Below are positions 1 to 11,368 of a stretch of 64,000 nt of DNA, in pieces. Made by a program: the position numbers and the translations under genes. Numbering within the stretch: the first letter of the stretch is position 1; every line of letters starts with the position of its first letter. The notes under the pieces are model-generated. The model did no database searches. It was not told the DNA's origin and saw only the letters and a program-made list of their open reading frames with translations. This stretch comes from Paraspadella gotoi (Eukaryota > Animalia > Chaetognatha), in assembly GCA_051294375.1 (NCBI GenBank), contig CM119265.1, positions 9,246,772 to 9,310,771 of the forward strand, written 5' to 3'.

Positions 1-160
1 CGACAACGCCGCCTCATAACGGACACACAAAATAAAATTTGTCGGAAAAATTGATATATGGCGGAGAAAGGTATGTTTTCATTTTTTTTTCTCGCCAAGC
101 AACTGCCTCCATGTCTTCAACTTCGCTCACATTCTCTGTCGCCTAGCAACGCCTTCTCAC

Positions 161-483
161 CGCTAAACAAGAGCAATCCTTCTTAGGATCGACGCCGATT
201 CGTTCGAGTCTCACGATTTCCTCGAATTTACTCCTCAAAATCGAGGAAAAATTCTCCAGATTGAATCCTTGAGACGTGAGGTGAGTCACGAGGGGCGCCC
301 TCTCTGGAAAAGGGGTGCAGGGGGGGGGGTGGTTGGGAGCGGTGGTTACGGTGGGTGGTTTAGAAGAGGATCCGTTGAAAAGATCGCGTGACACGGTGGA
401 CACGGGAACCACGTGACACCGGGGGATCGAAATTGACTTCGATCGGTTCTCGCGAATAATTTGAATAATAATTTAATAATAAT

Positions 484-554
<71 letters not shown>

Positions 555-1655
555 TAATAATAATTTGAATAATAATTTGAATAATAAATTTGAATTTGCG
601 AATAATTTGAATTCGAAAGACGCGAGTTGATGGATTATAATCGAATAATTATTAACGAACTAAACGAGAGCAAAGTAGGACGCGGTAATCTCATTAAAGA
701 ACTTGGCTTTTAAAAGTCATACGCGGTAGGCAGAGAGGATGTGAAAGAAACAAAAAAAAGTGCCATCTCTATATAAATCTTAAATCTTAAAGTATACCCT
801 GAGACAACTTAATGTGGTAGGTCAGTAAAATTCGATAAGGCAGGATTTTTTTTTTTTCTAAAAATTTTTAGTATTTATGATTGTTACAATTTGAATGTCT
901 ATATGTCTATCATTATCTACAAAAGCATAAGCTTTTAATTTCAGACCTCTCCCAACTTTCTATTACTTTTCGTTATTGAAATATAAGTAAAAATTAGAAT
1001 TTTTTTTTTTTTCAAAAATATTAATCAATTAGTACCTTTTTAATAGATTATTTTCTTAAAAATAAAGATACCAAATATTATATACCTTATTAATGACGTT
1101 TTTAGTAATACTTATAGGTAGAAATATTCACCGCGTTACAAAAATAATTTTGATCTCGATCCATATAAGAAAGGAAACCTCTATTTTTACAATCGACGAC
1201 GACGACAACAACAACAAAACCTCGACTCAATCGTGCAACAAGAGTTCACTAATGGTATCGCATCGTGAGATAAAAACGAAGGAGGAGAAAAAAAAAACTG
1301 TCCGACTAAAAAGATTATTAATTTTCTTATCTCGTTCGTTCACTCTACGCGACTTTTCACAAAAATTAATTCATTAATTCTTAGTCTTATAGCCTGTATC
1401 TAGCCTATAATAAAGGCAACCACACAGCAAGGCGTTCATAAGACCAAGCAGAAAGACGCCATTCACATTTCACTCGATGTCACCAGATTGCCATCCCAAG
1501 GTCAAATAACCTGGATTGTCAAGAATCCACGATTTCATTCTCTTCCGAATGACGTGTTTTGTGGCGTGATTGAGTTGCCATAGAAACTCGTCCACCGTCG
1601 GATCGAGCCGCTTCGCGTCGCTGCCGTCGCCGGAGAGGGAGAGAGAGAGAGAGAG

Positions 1656-1725
<70 letters not shown>

Positions 1726-3360
1726 AATATAACAAAGGAGCAATCCGCTATTTCTCATTCGCCTCTCGTTTTGTTTTGTTTTGTTTTCGCGTCAAAAGCG
1801 AAATTAAGTCGACGTTGACGACGATATACGAACGACGACGAGACGATGGAAAAAAAATGCGTCGGTTGATTTCAAACAAAACGTTCTATTTTTTTTTTGC
1901 CAATTTTCCCGGGTGACAGATGTCTTTCCAGAGTCAAGCTTGACTATCTAAAAAAAAATACGCATTAGAAAAAGTACTAAAGAGTCTGCCCTTTATTCTT
2001 CAAGAGAATCTATTTTTATGCAAGTCTTTCAAACTAATTAATTTCTGTATGCCCACTCAAGACGGCAAAGATACTATCAAGGGCAGAAATCTCACCTGTA
2101 GGGCAGAATATATGCCTTTAGGGCTGATTTTTAGCTTTGAGGGCAAGCAACTTTCGAGTAAGGAGAATATCTGACCTAAATGACGTGACGTTTCACACAC
2201 GCGGCATCGTAACCTACCCCTAATAAGGATATCTCGGAGGTAGGCGACAGTAAAGTAGTGTAGTAGGACAAATCCCCGACCTGTAGGCAGATGCGGATCG
2301 GCCCCGATCTTCTCCAGCCCGACAGAGAGCTGCCCGTCGAAAACGAGGGCGAAGCTTCGCCAGGCGAAACCGAATTCGTAGCCGCATCGGACCGAAGTCG
2401 ATGATGGGAGGAGGAGGAGGAGGAGAAAGGAGGAGGAGGGGATGAAGACGGAGTCTTTCTTCTTGGAGGCGGAGATCGTGGAGGGTAGGCGGGGGTGGGC
2501 CGCCGTACGGAGGGCGTGGTGGAACGTCCTCGACTTTGATGCGGACGCGAACGCTGCCTGGAAGGGAGAGTGCGAGCGTCGGGTCGGATGATGAAAAAAC
2601 TCACCCGGACTTTCTGCCCAGCCGGAACGACTGACTCATGGAGGAAAATATTTGTTTAAAAAAGGGGGTTTTTTTTGACGAAGGTTCATGGAAAGCCATT
2701 CTGAACTAGTTGAAAAAGTTTCAGGTCGTAGGTGTGAATGAATGTAATTGAATTTTAAAAAAAAATATTGAGTTTTTTTTTTTTAACTAATTTTGTATTG
2801 TTACGGAGTATCAGCCTAACCGAAAGTGGAACCGGATCTCCTTTAATTCTGCTACATTTTTTTCAATTTTCAAAGCTAAAATGAATATCTTTTTTTATTA
2901 TTAAACTCGCAATAAAATGGAAAAAAAATTAATAAACATCTGTCGTGGATTCCATTCGTCACTCTCTCTCTATCTCTCTTCAGATTCTTTACTGTTAGTA
3001 TCATAGAAGTATTAAATTTATTTTATCGGGGAAGGAAGAGGAGAAGAGAGAAGAGAGAGAGGAGAGAGAAGGGAGAGAGAGAAGAGAGAAAGAGAGAGAG
3101 AGAGAGAGAGACACACAGAACGCCACCTGTAAGCAAATCTACAACGGGTTTCACTTCGGTTTCTTCGGCGGCGCCTGTTCTATGATGATCTCCACGGGCG
3201 GTGGTGCTTTTCCTTTTTTTCCTTTTCCTTTGGCTTTCTGAATAAAACAAAGCCTTGTATTTTAAATCTTCGTATTAAAGTCATCAATAAAAACGTAAAA
3301 AACTCAATTAATAAAAATCGTAAGAAACATAACAAACAAACGAACCCCTTTTTTCGCCAT
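161..3360 (-). CDS. Unrecognised multi-exon protein-coding gene, probably continuing past the left edge; Lys/Gly-rich N-terminus
   Basis: Phase-compatible exons 3360-3346 (MAKKG), 3237-3155 (KAKGKGKKGKAPPPVEIIIEQAPPKKP), 2630-2605, 2557-2281, 1620-1511 (DAKRLDPTVDEFLWQLNHATKHVIRKRMKSWILDNP) and 303-161 (ERAPLVTHLTSQGFNLENFSSILRSKFEEIVRLERIGVDPKKDCSCLA), all with GT/AG borders. The frame of 2557-2281 is ambiguous (all three frames open) and some donors are weak (gtgaaa, gttatt). Confidence 0.55.
465..590. repeat. (AAT)n microsatellite
   Basis: Visible tandem aat run with degenerate edges. Confidence 0.95.
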
Positions 3361-4201
3361 CTCGCTTAGAATGACGTGATCTGCTACAAACTTCTCTTCT
3401 TTTTTTTTTCGAAAAGACAAAAAAAATTAAATAAATGAAGTGAATAAACTCTCGGTCTTTATCGGAATTAGTCTAAATGCGAAATGTTTTAGCGGAAAAT
3501 TAATTATCGGTTAATCGATACGTTAGTTTTTCATAAAAGCCTTTTTTTAAAGGAAGGCCATGAAAGAGAGAGAATTGTTTGTTTGTTTGTTTTTTTTCGA
3601 TGTTAGGGGTCTAAGTCAACTCAAGCTGTTTGAAGCATTTTCTTTGACAAGGATCAAAGTCAATCTCGCCAAACCCCCACGTTGTCCTGCCCACAGTGCG
3701 TCCACAGTGCGACAACAGTGCCCCCACGGCCCCATTTTGTCCAGGTCAAGCTTCTTTATCCCTCTTTCATATTAACTCTCATCACCACTACGCCAGGTCC
3801 TATATACAATTTCTCCTCTCTGCCCTTTTTTACCATCGCCCCCTCATATGTCACCTCTTTTTATTTCCTTATATCCTCTTGCCCTTCCCGCCAGTCCGCC
3901 ACGCCATTTCGTCAACCACGCACGCCCTAGTTCCCAATTCGGCCGCGCTTTATTCTCGTCGTCGACACAAAAACAAAAAACAAAAACAAAAAAGAGGAAA
4001 AGAGGCGAAAAACAGAGGAACATCGACGATCGCACAAGTATTGAGCGTCCAAATTATTCCAGTTAGGAACACTCGGCAACGCAATCGGCCTTTAATGATT
4101 ACATCTGTTTGACCCTCTAACCGGAATGCTTGACACGATGCATCTCCTCATATTTATTTGACTGGGGACCGTGGCGCTTTTAGCCAGTTGATATTTGCTT
4201 C

Positions 4202-5545
4202 TTTTTAGTTTTCGTCAGCTAGCTGCGAGGTCGGACGTCATTTACAAATGACGTAATGCGTCCATAATGGAATTAGCTACTACTATTAGTCACTTTTCGG
4301 TCGGTTCTGTCGGTCGGCCGTCGGTATGTCTGTTCGTTGGTCTGCATATACACTGCATATACACTGCATATACACTGCGGCGCAAAAAAAAAAGAAGACA
4401 TTAGGTAGCTTTCAAATACACCACTATTTCTTTTTTAATTTTAATAAAATATATATGAAAGTATAGCTCTTTTAAAAAGCTATCGATTTGGTGCAAGAAA
4501 AATCTTAATTGGTTCAGGAAGTAGAATATAGCAAGACTTTAAAGTCAAAGTCTCAAAAAGGAATTGGGAAAAAAATGATTTTTAAAGGTTAGCATTGCTG
4601 ACATTTCTTTTTCTGACTGATGTTTACAATATAGAATTAATAAAATCATAATGGAATTAAACATATAAAAAGTTAGCATAAATTTATATTACTTTTTTTA
4701 AATATTTTTTTAATTGCTGCTAAATATAGCATTTTAATAATAAATATTAAAAACAATAATTTTTTTTAAAAATTATCTCTAGAGATGAAACGAAAAATTC
4801 GTTGAATACCAATTTTATTTTAAAATTATCTAAAAATTAAAACATAATTTTATTGATAAAATAAAAAAAATCATTTTAAATTAATTGTTAAAGTTTATAT
4901 TAGTCTGCTTTAACACGAGATGCTATAAAGGAAAAAAACTTTGATATGAAAAAGCTTTAAAATTAACTTTTGGTAAGTTATCACTCAACTGCTTTTTTTT
5001 TAAAGATTGTTTTTCCATATAGTTTCCCTACTTATTTTAATTTTATTTAGGGGAAATGGTTTATGAAGGCTTGAATGAAAGCCGAAACTTGTCGTACAAA
5101 TAAAAATAAAATCGTTGCTGTATCAAGACTTTGTCTTTAATTTCAAATATCTAAAAACACAACGAAAGAAAGTTTAATCACAATATAAATATATTATAAT
5201 AAGGAAAAATCAAGAGACTCCTTTTGATAAAAAATAATTTATTCTCATCAGATGTTTTGTACCAATCAACTTTGATATCCTATAAATTTCTGACGCTTTA
5301 ATCAATTTTAATTGCACCTGGACCAATCGCTTTATCTTTCATTCAATAAGCTTTGTGTGAAATATCTCAGTAAAATTCATCCATCCAATATTGTTTTTTG
5401 GTTGTGAAAGAAGTGTCTTCTTTTTTTTGCGCCGCAGTGTAGTTGGTAGCTCAATGATCATTTGTTAAGAAGGAAAAATCCTCAAATTTAAGTGACTACT
5501 AATGCCGCCTAAAACTATAAAAATCAAAAGATGGAATTCCGATGC
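4202..5545 (+). mobile_element. Helentron/DINE-1-like non-autonomous element interrupted by a TIR element
   Basis: 4202-4370 and 5440-5545 are collinear with the reverse complement of 9970-10212 (agtcacttttcggtcggt...cggtatgtctgt; tagttggt.gctca...tttgttaaga...cctcaaat.taag...aaaactata). A (GGTC/GTCC)n tract follows a ttttagt start. Confidence 0.6.
4373..5439. mobile_element. Tc1/mariner-type non-autonomous DNA transposon (MITE-like, 1067 bp)
   Basis: TA|CACTGCGGCGCAAAAAAAAAAGAAGACA ... TGTCTTCTTTTTTTTGCGCCGCAGTG|TA: ~27-bp TIRs with TA duplication, AT-rich interior, no transposase ORF. Confidence 0.85.
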
Positions 5546-5842
5546 AGTGCGTGTCATAAATACATGGCTAAGAAAGTTATTGTAGTCATGTAGTCATGTC
5601 ACGTCATGTCATTTCATAATCATATCATGTCATGTTCACAAAATACACGTGATAAGGCAGTTGCTGCGGCGCAACACATTCAAATTACCATTCTTGTTTA
5701 ATTAACTTTATGCTAAATTTATTTCTAATTGTTCCGTTTCCATTTTTAAAATGAGACGAGAGAAAAAAAAATAAAAAAACAATCACCTCACATTCTCCCC
5801 CCCACCCCCCTCCCCCCGCGAAAACCCTCACCTCTTGCGTTT

Positions 5843-6692
5843 TTCTTTCTCTATCCACCGCGTCTCGCCTTGCCCTACCCTATCCCCATTTTCTCACTTT
5901 ATTTATCCCCATTCGATTAGAGATCAGCTTTTTCTCTATCCACCGCGTCTCGCCTCACCCTCCCTATCCCCATTTTCTCATTTTATCTATCCCATTCGAT
6001 TAGAGATCAGCTTTTTTCTCTATCCACCGGTCTCGCCTCACCCTCCCCTATCCCCATTTTCTCACTTTATTTATCCCCATTCGATTAGAGATCAGCTTTT
6101 TCTCTATCCCACCCGCCGTCTCGCCTTGCCCTCCCCTAATCCCCATTTTCTCACTTTATTTATCCCCATTTGATTAGAGATTCAGCTTTTTTCTCTATCC
6201 ACCGCGTTCTCGCCTCACCCTCCCCTATCCCATTTTCTCATTTTATCTATCCCCATTCGATTAGAATCAGCTTTTTCTCTATCCACCGCGTCTCGCCTCA
6301 CCCTCCCCTATCTCCATTTTTCTCACTTTATTTATCCCCATTCAATTAGAGATCAGCTTTTTCTCTATCCACCGCGTCTCGTCTCACCCTCCCCTATCCC
6401 TATTTTCCCATTTTATTTGTCCCCTTTCGATTAGAGATTAGCTTTTTCTCTATCCACTGCGTCTCGCCTCACCCTCCCCTATCCCCATTTTCCCATTTTA
6501 TTTGTCCTTTTTTGATTAGAGATTAGCTTTTTCTCTATCCACTGCTTCTCGCCTCGCCCCCCTATCCCCATCTTCTCATTTTATCTATCCCCATTCGATT
6601 AGAGATCAGATTTTTCTCTATCCACCGCGTCTTGCCTCGCCCCCCTATCCTCATTTTCCAATTTTATCTGTCCCCTTTCGATTAGAGATTAG
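5843..6692. repeat. Minisatellite, ~85-bp unit, ~10 copies
   Basis: Unit tctctatccaccgcgtctcgcctcaccctcccctatccccattttctcactttatttatccccattcgattagagatcagcttt, with atcc(c)acc anchors at 5853, 5938, 6022 and 6106. Confidence 0.95.
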
Positions 6693-7262
6693 CTCCAACA
6701 CATTGTTTTTCCTTTCCTAATGATAAAAAATCAGTGTTTTTCTCTCCTCTTAATTTTTCCCTTTTTTTTCTCATCTTTCCCCTCTCCATTCTTTTAATAA
6801 ATATTAATATTTTCCTCCTTTTCTTCCCTTTTGTTTTTCGCGAGTTAATCCCCCATTTTTTTTTGCTCTCCTCATTTTTTTTTCTTGTCAATTGCGATTA
6901 AATCCTGGTCTGCGCCGCGCGTGCGCAAAAGGGACTGGAAAATGGAACTGGAACGCGGTAAAGACGAGAGCGCGAAATGGAATTTGAGAAGAGAAATAGC
7001 AAATGAAGAAAAAGTTGAGCGAGAAAAGCTAAAACTGAAATGGACGGGCAATAGTGAGGGCAATAGTTTATTCGCTTAACAATTACGTTCATGGACTTAA
7101 AATGCCGTGCAATTATTCTTGTGATCAAATATAACAGAGACAGACAATTCTACCTTGCATGCCCTTCATGCGGTATCGGTATCGGCAATTTTATTATTCA
7201 TCATTTGTCTTATCATTAATAGTTTCATGATGGTGGTACTCCAAAAAACAACTCTATGCCAA

Positions 7263-8165
7263 TTTTAAGTCGGATCTGCTAATCAGCAGATTCCGACTCA
7301 CTTTGTCGGTCCGTCGGTCCCACCCCAAAATCTTGTCGGGAAATAATTTTTAGCATATCAGAACATCGAATTATAATAAATTATGAAAAAAAAACGATGT
7401 CCGTCCGTCCGTCTGTCTGTCGGTCTGACTGTCTGTCTGTCTTTCTGTCTTTCTGGCCGTCCGTCCGTCTGTCTGTCTTTCTGTCCGTCCGTCCGTCCGT
7501 CCGTCCGTCCGTCCGTCCGTCTCACCTTAGCAAAAACACCAATTACTCGTGATTGGATGGATGGATTGGAATGAAATTTTGTGTGTGATTGAGCTGGATA
7601 TGAAGTTTCGATGGAACCGTCCGAGTGGAAATGAGTTTAAATTGAAAAAACAAAAAAAATATATTTCACTATTTGAACACCAATTACTCATGAGTGGATA
7701 GGGCGATTGACTTGAAATTTTGTATTTGGGTAGAAAGGTGTGTGATTAAACTGGAAATCAAGTTTCGATGGAATCGTTTGAGTGGAAATGAGTTTAAATG
7801 GATAAAACAAAGAACCTGTTTCACTAATTGATTATGCTTCTTTTTCTTTTTATTTTAAATGTAAATACAAGATGTATTAATTAATCAAATAATTAATCAT
7901 TTAATTAATCAATTAGTTAATTAATTAATCAATTACAGTTGGAATTTTCTAAATATCCCTTCTGTGTCGATGTCTGTAATTCAATTGATGGAGAAGAAGG
8001 TCAAGAAAAAGGATTAGTCGTGATGAGGTTAATTTAAATTGATTTTATTCGCGTTTTCATTTTCAATTCGAATTTATGGTTATCCTGTGATACCATGTAC
8101 AATTGTACATACAAATTGTTTTTCTTCAAGCTAATACCGACTGTATGTCGCAATTGCCTTAACTA
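7263..8165 (+). mobile_element. Helentron/DINE-1-like non-autonomous element
   Basis: 5' ttttaAGTCGG-atctgc-taatca-gcagat-tCCGACT hairpin, (CCGT/CTGT)n tract 7399-7520, two ~140-bp internal repeats (from 7537 and 7678), and a 3' CCGACT subterminal motif at ~8137. The 3' boundary is approximate. Confidence 0.6.
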
Positions 8166-8666
8166 ACTTCTGTTGTGATATTATATAGTATCCTTCGATT
8201 GATTTTTTCACCAAAATAAAAACTTATTATCATAGTAAGAAACTGTGTTCTGGATAAATTTGTATTTTTCCACCTCAACACTTCGAATGAAAGAAAAGAA
8301 AAAAAGAGAGAGAGAAAAAAAGGAAAAGATTGATTTGACAACGAATTTTTTAAAAATTTGAAAAACTAAAAGTTCATGACTGGGTCAATTTTTCTCCTAA
8401 GTTCTCTGAGCGACCGCGAAGACGACGACGACGACCGACGACAACGACTTCTCTCTCCCGCCGAAACCGCTTCCGGTTAATTTAAAATATGTGGAGACAT
8501 ACAACCAAAAAAAGATGGAACGAAATCCAGGCTGATCTTTTTTATTTCGCCTAGCTAAGCTGAAACACTCGATCGGACGATTTGAAACTTTTGAAACTTT
8601 TCTCCTTCTTTATAAAAACATTTTTTTTTTGGTAAAAAGTTGAAAAGAAGGAAAACGAATCTCACC

Positions 8667-11368
8667 ATGAGTGATTCCGTCCAATTGACCGAGGAACAGA
8701 TCGCCGAGTACAAGGAGGCCTTCATGGGCTACGACAAGGACGGAACCGGAAGCATCAACGCCAAAGAACTCGGGACGCTCATGAGGACATTGGGACTCAG
8801 TCCCACGGGTAAGGCGAGATTGGGTAAGTTTTTCAAGACCCTCGACTTGATCGTCAATAGTGCGGATTTCCGAGCTTCAGAAATGTTATCATAACAGTCG
8901 CTCTCTCTCTCTCTCACTCACTCTTTCTCTATAGCTTATAACGTTAGGTTTGAGAAGTTGGCCGGACGGACGAGAGTTATGAGAGATGAGAGTCGAAAAA
9001 TCAATATTGAGCTAAATAGTAAACAACTCAATTTAAAACGCTGACATATTAATTAATCAGTACTAAAAGGAATAACAATAGTTGAGCGAATGGAATGTGC
9101 GTCACTGTTTGTTTCTCTCTTTGTAGTTTGTACTGAGTAAAATTTTTACATATATGAAAATTAAAAGATTACTGTTTTCAACTCGTATTTATCGTCAATG
9201 AACGTAGAACCTACCAAATGCTATAAACAAGAACGGTGATTTCAATGGTGTGCGCCCCAGTAATTTTATTTGATCACATGATATAATATGACATTACATG
9301 AGTAAAAAACTTTGTTAGACCTACATTAGAGTGGAGCACTTGGGAACATAAATTTATTTGAGTGAACAAACAAGGATTTTTAGATGTGAGATCGTATGAT
9401 TAAGGAGTACAAAAAAATATTTTGCTTTTATTGTTTGGGGAACAGTATCATTAATTACAATATATTTATAGTAATATCCTTAGAAAATAATAAATTTTCA
9501 AAATAATTTTTTAAAAAATTTTTGTTAAAGATTCTGATTCTTCATAAAAAGTTTAGATCAAAAATATAAAACATGTTATTAAAAATTTTAATGCCTTCAG
9601 TATCAAAAAATTGAAAAAAAGGTTAAAATATCCCCCTATTTTACGCTTTGTAGTAAAAACTATTATATGATGAAAATCATGAAACGTTTTAGTCATTTTT
9701 CGCAGCTTTAACCTAAAAATATTATAAAACATATTTTACAAAAGTTTTTCAGTTTTTTTCCGGCAAATTCAAAACAGTTCTTAAAATTAAAAAAATATGA
9801 TTTTGAAATTTTATGATTTTATAAGGATATTACTATAAAGAAAATTCAATTAATGATACTTTTATGCAAAATTTATTTGAAAAGGGGCTTAATTATTTTT
9901 ATTACATGTACAAAGGCAGCTAAAAAACATTGTTCCATCGCTCAATCTTTTCATCACTCTACCCTAACCTACATCGAGTCTTTTATTCCTTATAGTTTTA
10001 GGATTTCCTGAAGGCGGCGCTTGCAGTCCCTTAGATTTGAGGTTTTTTTCTGTCTTAACAAATGAGCAACCAACTATAGGCAAAATTTATTCATTTTTAA
10101 TATAAGTAGTACAGACCGGTGGACAGACATACCGATTGACCTACCGACGGACCGACCGACCGAAAAGTGACTTACAGAGTTGCTCCGCGAATACTCGCGC
10201 GCCAACTAAAAATAAATAAACAAAAGGCTCATCTCCCTCTTTCCTCATTTTCAGAGGCGGAGCTGGCGGAGCTGCTGCAGAACGCGGAGACGGAATCGCG
10301 CGGCCTCGTGGAGTTTCCCGAGTTCTTGTCTCTGATGGCGCGAAAGTTGAAGGACGCCGACTCGGAGGAGGATGTCGTGGAAGCGTTTAAGGGTGAGAAT
10401 AAGGAGGGGTAAGGGGAGGGAGGGTGGAAGGAAAGGTAAGTTATGGGTTAAGGACGAGCCAGATGAAAAGGGGAAAGGACATAAAAGATAAGGGGGTCAG
10501 GGAAGTAATTTGCTTATAAAAATGATGAAAGAGACAGATGAATGATTTTGTCATAAGTCACTCTAATTTTGTGAGTAAAGGATCACTCCGTTAGTGGTAG
10601 ATGTATAACTGCAGTGATGGCCGAGTGGTTAAGGCGTCTGACTCGAAATCAGATAGGATTTTCCTGCGCAGGTTCGAATCCTGCTCACTGCGGACTTTTT
10701 CTCAATATTAATGTTAAATGTTTTATCATATTTATTGTTAATAAAATTTCCTTATAATCAATCAAAAAATAGAGTGAATAATGATGAATAAAGTAATGCT
10801 TTAAAGCCAGTGCAGCGAAAACCGAGTGGTTAAGTCATCGGACTTCAATTCTCCAGGTTTTCTTGCACAGTTTTTAATCTCGCTCACAGAAAAAACTTTT
10901 TTAATAAAATATTTCTTATATTGTTAACCTTCTTACCTTATGATAAATAAGTAGTAATTTTGTTAATTAATAATTAAAGATGCAGTGATGGACGAGCCCT
11001 TAAGGAGTCAGATTGGTAATTAAACGGGGATTCCCTCCGCAGCTTCTAATCCTGCTCATTGCAAGGATCAAATTTCTTCTCATTTATTTTTAATTTAGTA
11101 AATGATCTCTTTTATCGTTTCGGTACAACGACCAATCGTCGACCAATAAACAAAACAAATCCACCAATCCGAACCAACGCCCCCTTTTTCCTTAGTCTTT
11201 GACAAAGAGAGCAACGGTTACATCTCCGGCGCGGAACTTCGTCACGTGATGACGACGATGGGAGAAAAGTTGACGGACGAGGAAGTGGACGAGATGTTGC
11301 GGGAGGCCGACATGGACGGGGAAGGGCAGATCAACTACGGAGAGTTCGTCAGGGTCATGTCCAAATGA
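8667..11368 (+). CDS. Calmodulin-like EF-hand protein (3 exons: 8667-8808, 10255-10392, 11196-11368)
   Basis: [150 protein letters not shown]. Collinear with calmodulin but too divergent to be canonical CaM. Confidence 0.93.
9444..9860. mobile_element. AT-rich foldback/MITE-like element in intron 1 of the calmodulin-like gene
   Basis: agtatcattaatt...tttatagtaatatcctta.aaaat.ataaa.tttcaaaat (9444-9510) is the imperfect reverse complement of 9790-9860. Confidence 0.55.
9970..10212 (-). mobile_element. Uninterrupted Helentron/DINE-like repeat copy
   Basis: (CCGA)n tract; homologous to both flanks of the TIR element at 4373-5439. Confidence 0.6.
10611..10692 (+). tRNA. tRNA-Ser(CGA), intronic
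   Basis: GCAGTGA/TCACTGC acceptor stem plus G discriminator, A box TGGCCGAGTGG, anticodon arm TCTGA-CT-CGA-AA-TCAGA, long variable arm, B box GGTTCGAATCC, TTTTT terminator at 10696. Confidence 0.97.
10812..10889 (+). pseudogene. Degenerate tRNA-Ser-derived copy (TCA at the anticodon position)
   Basis: gcagcgaaaaccgagtggttaag...ggacttcaattc...cagtttttaatctcgctcacag aligns to 10611-10692; B box and anticodon stem are broken. Confidence 0.75.
10982..11063 (+). pseudogene. Degenerate tRNA-Ser-derived copy
   Basis: gcagtgatggacgagcccttaaggagtcagat...gcagcttctaatcctgctcattgca; same length as the intact copy, with A/B boxes and anticodon arm mutated. Confidence 0.8.

Noticed and set aside
5843-6692. 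Regularly spaced repeats as a CRISPR-like array
   Set aside because: Whole units repeat with no unique spacers; eukaryotic context and no cas genes.
10812-10889. Functional tRNA-Sec or opal suppressor
   Set aside because: Anticodon stem unpaired, B box destroyed, internal T5 run; it derives from the adjacent tRNA-Ser.
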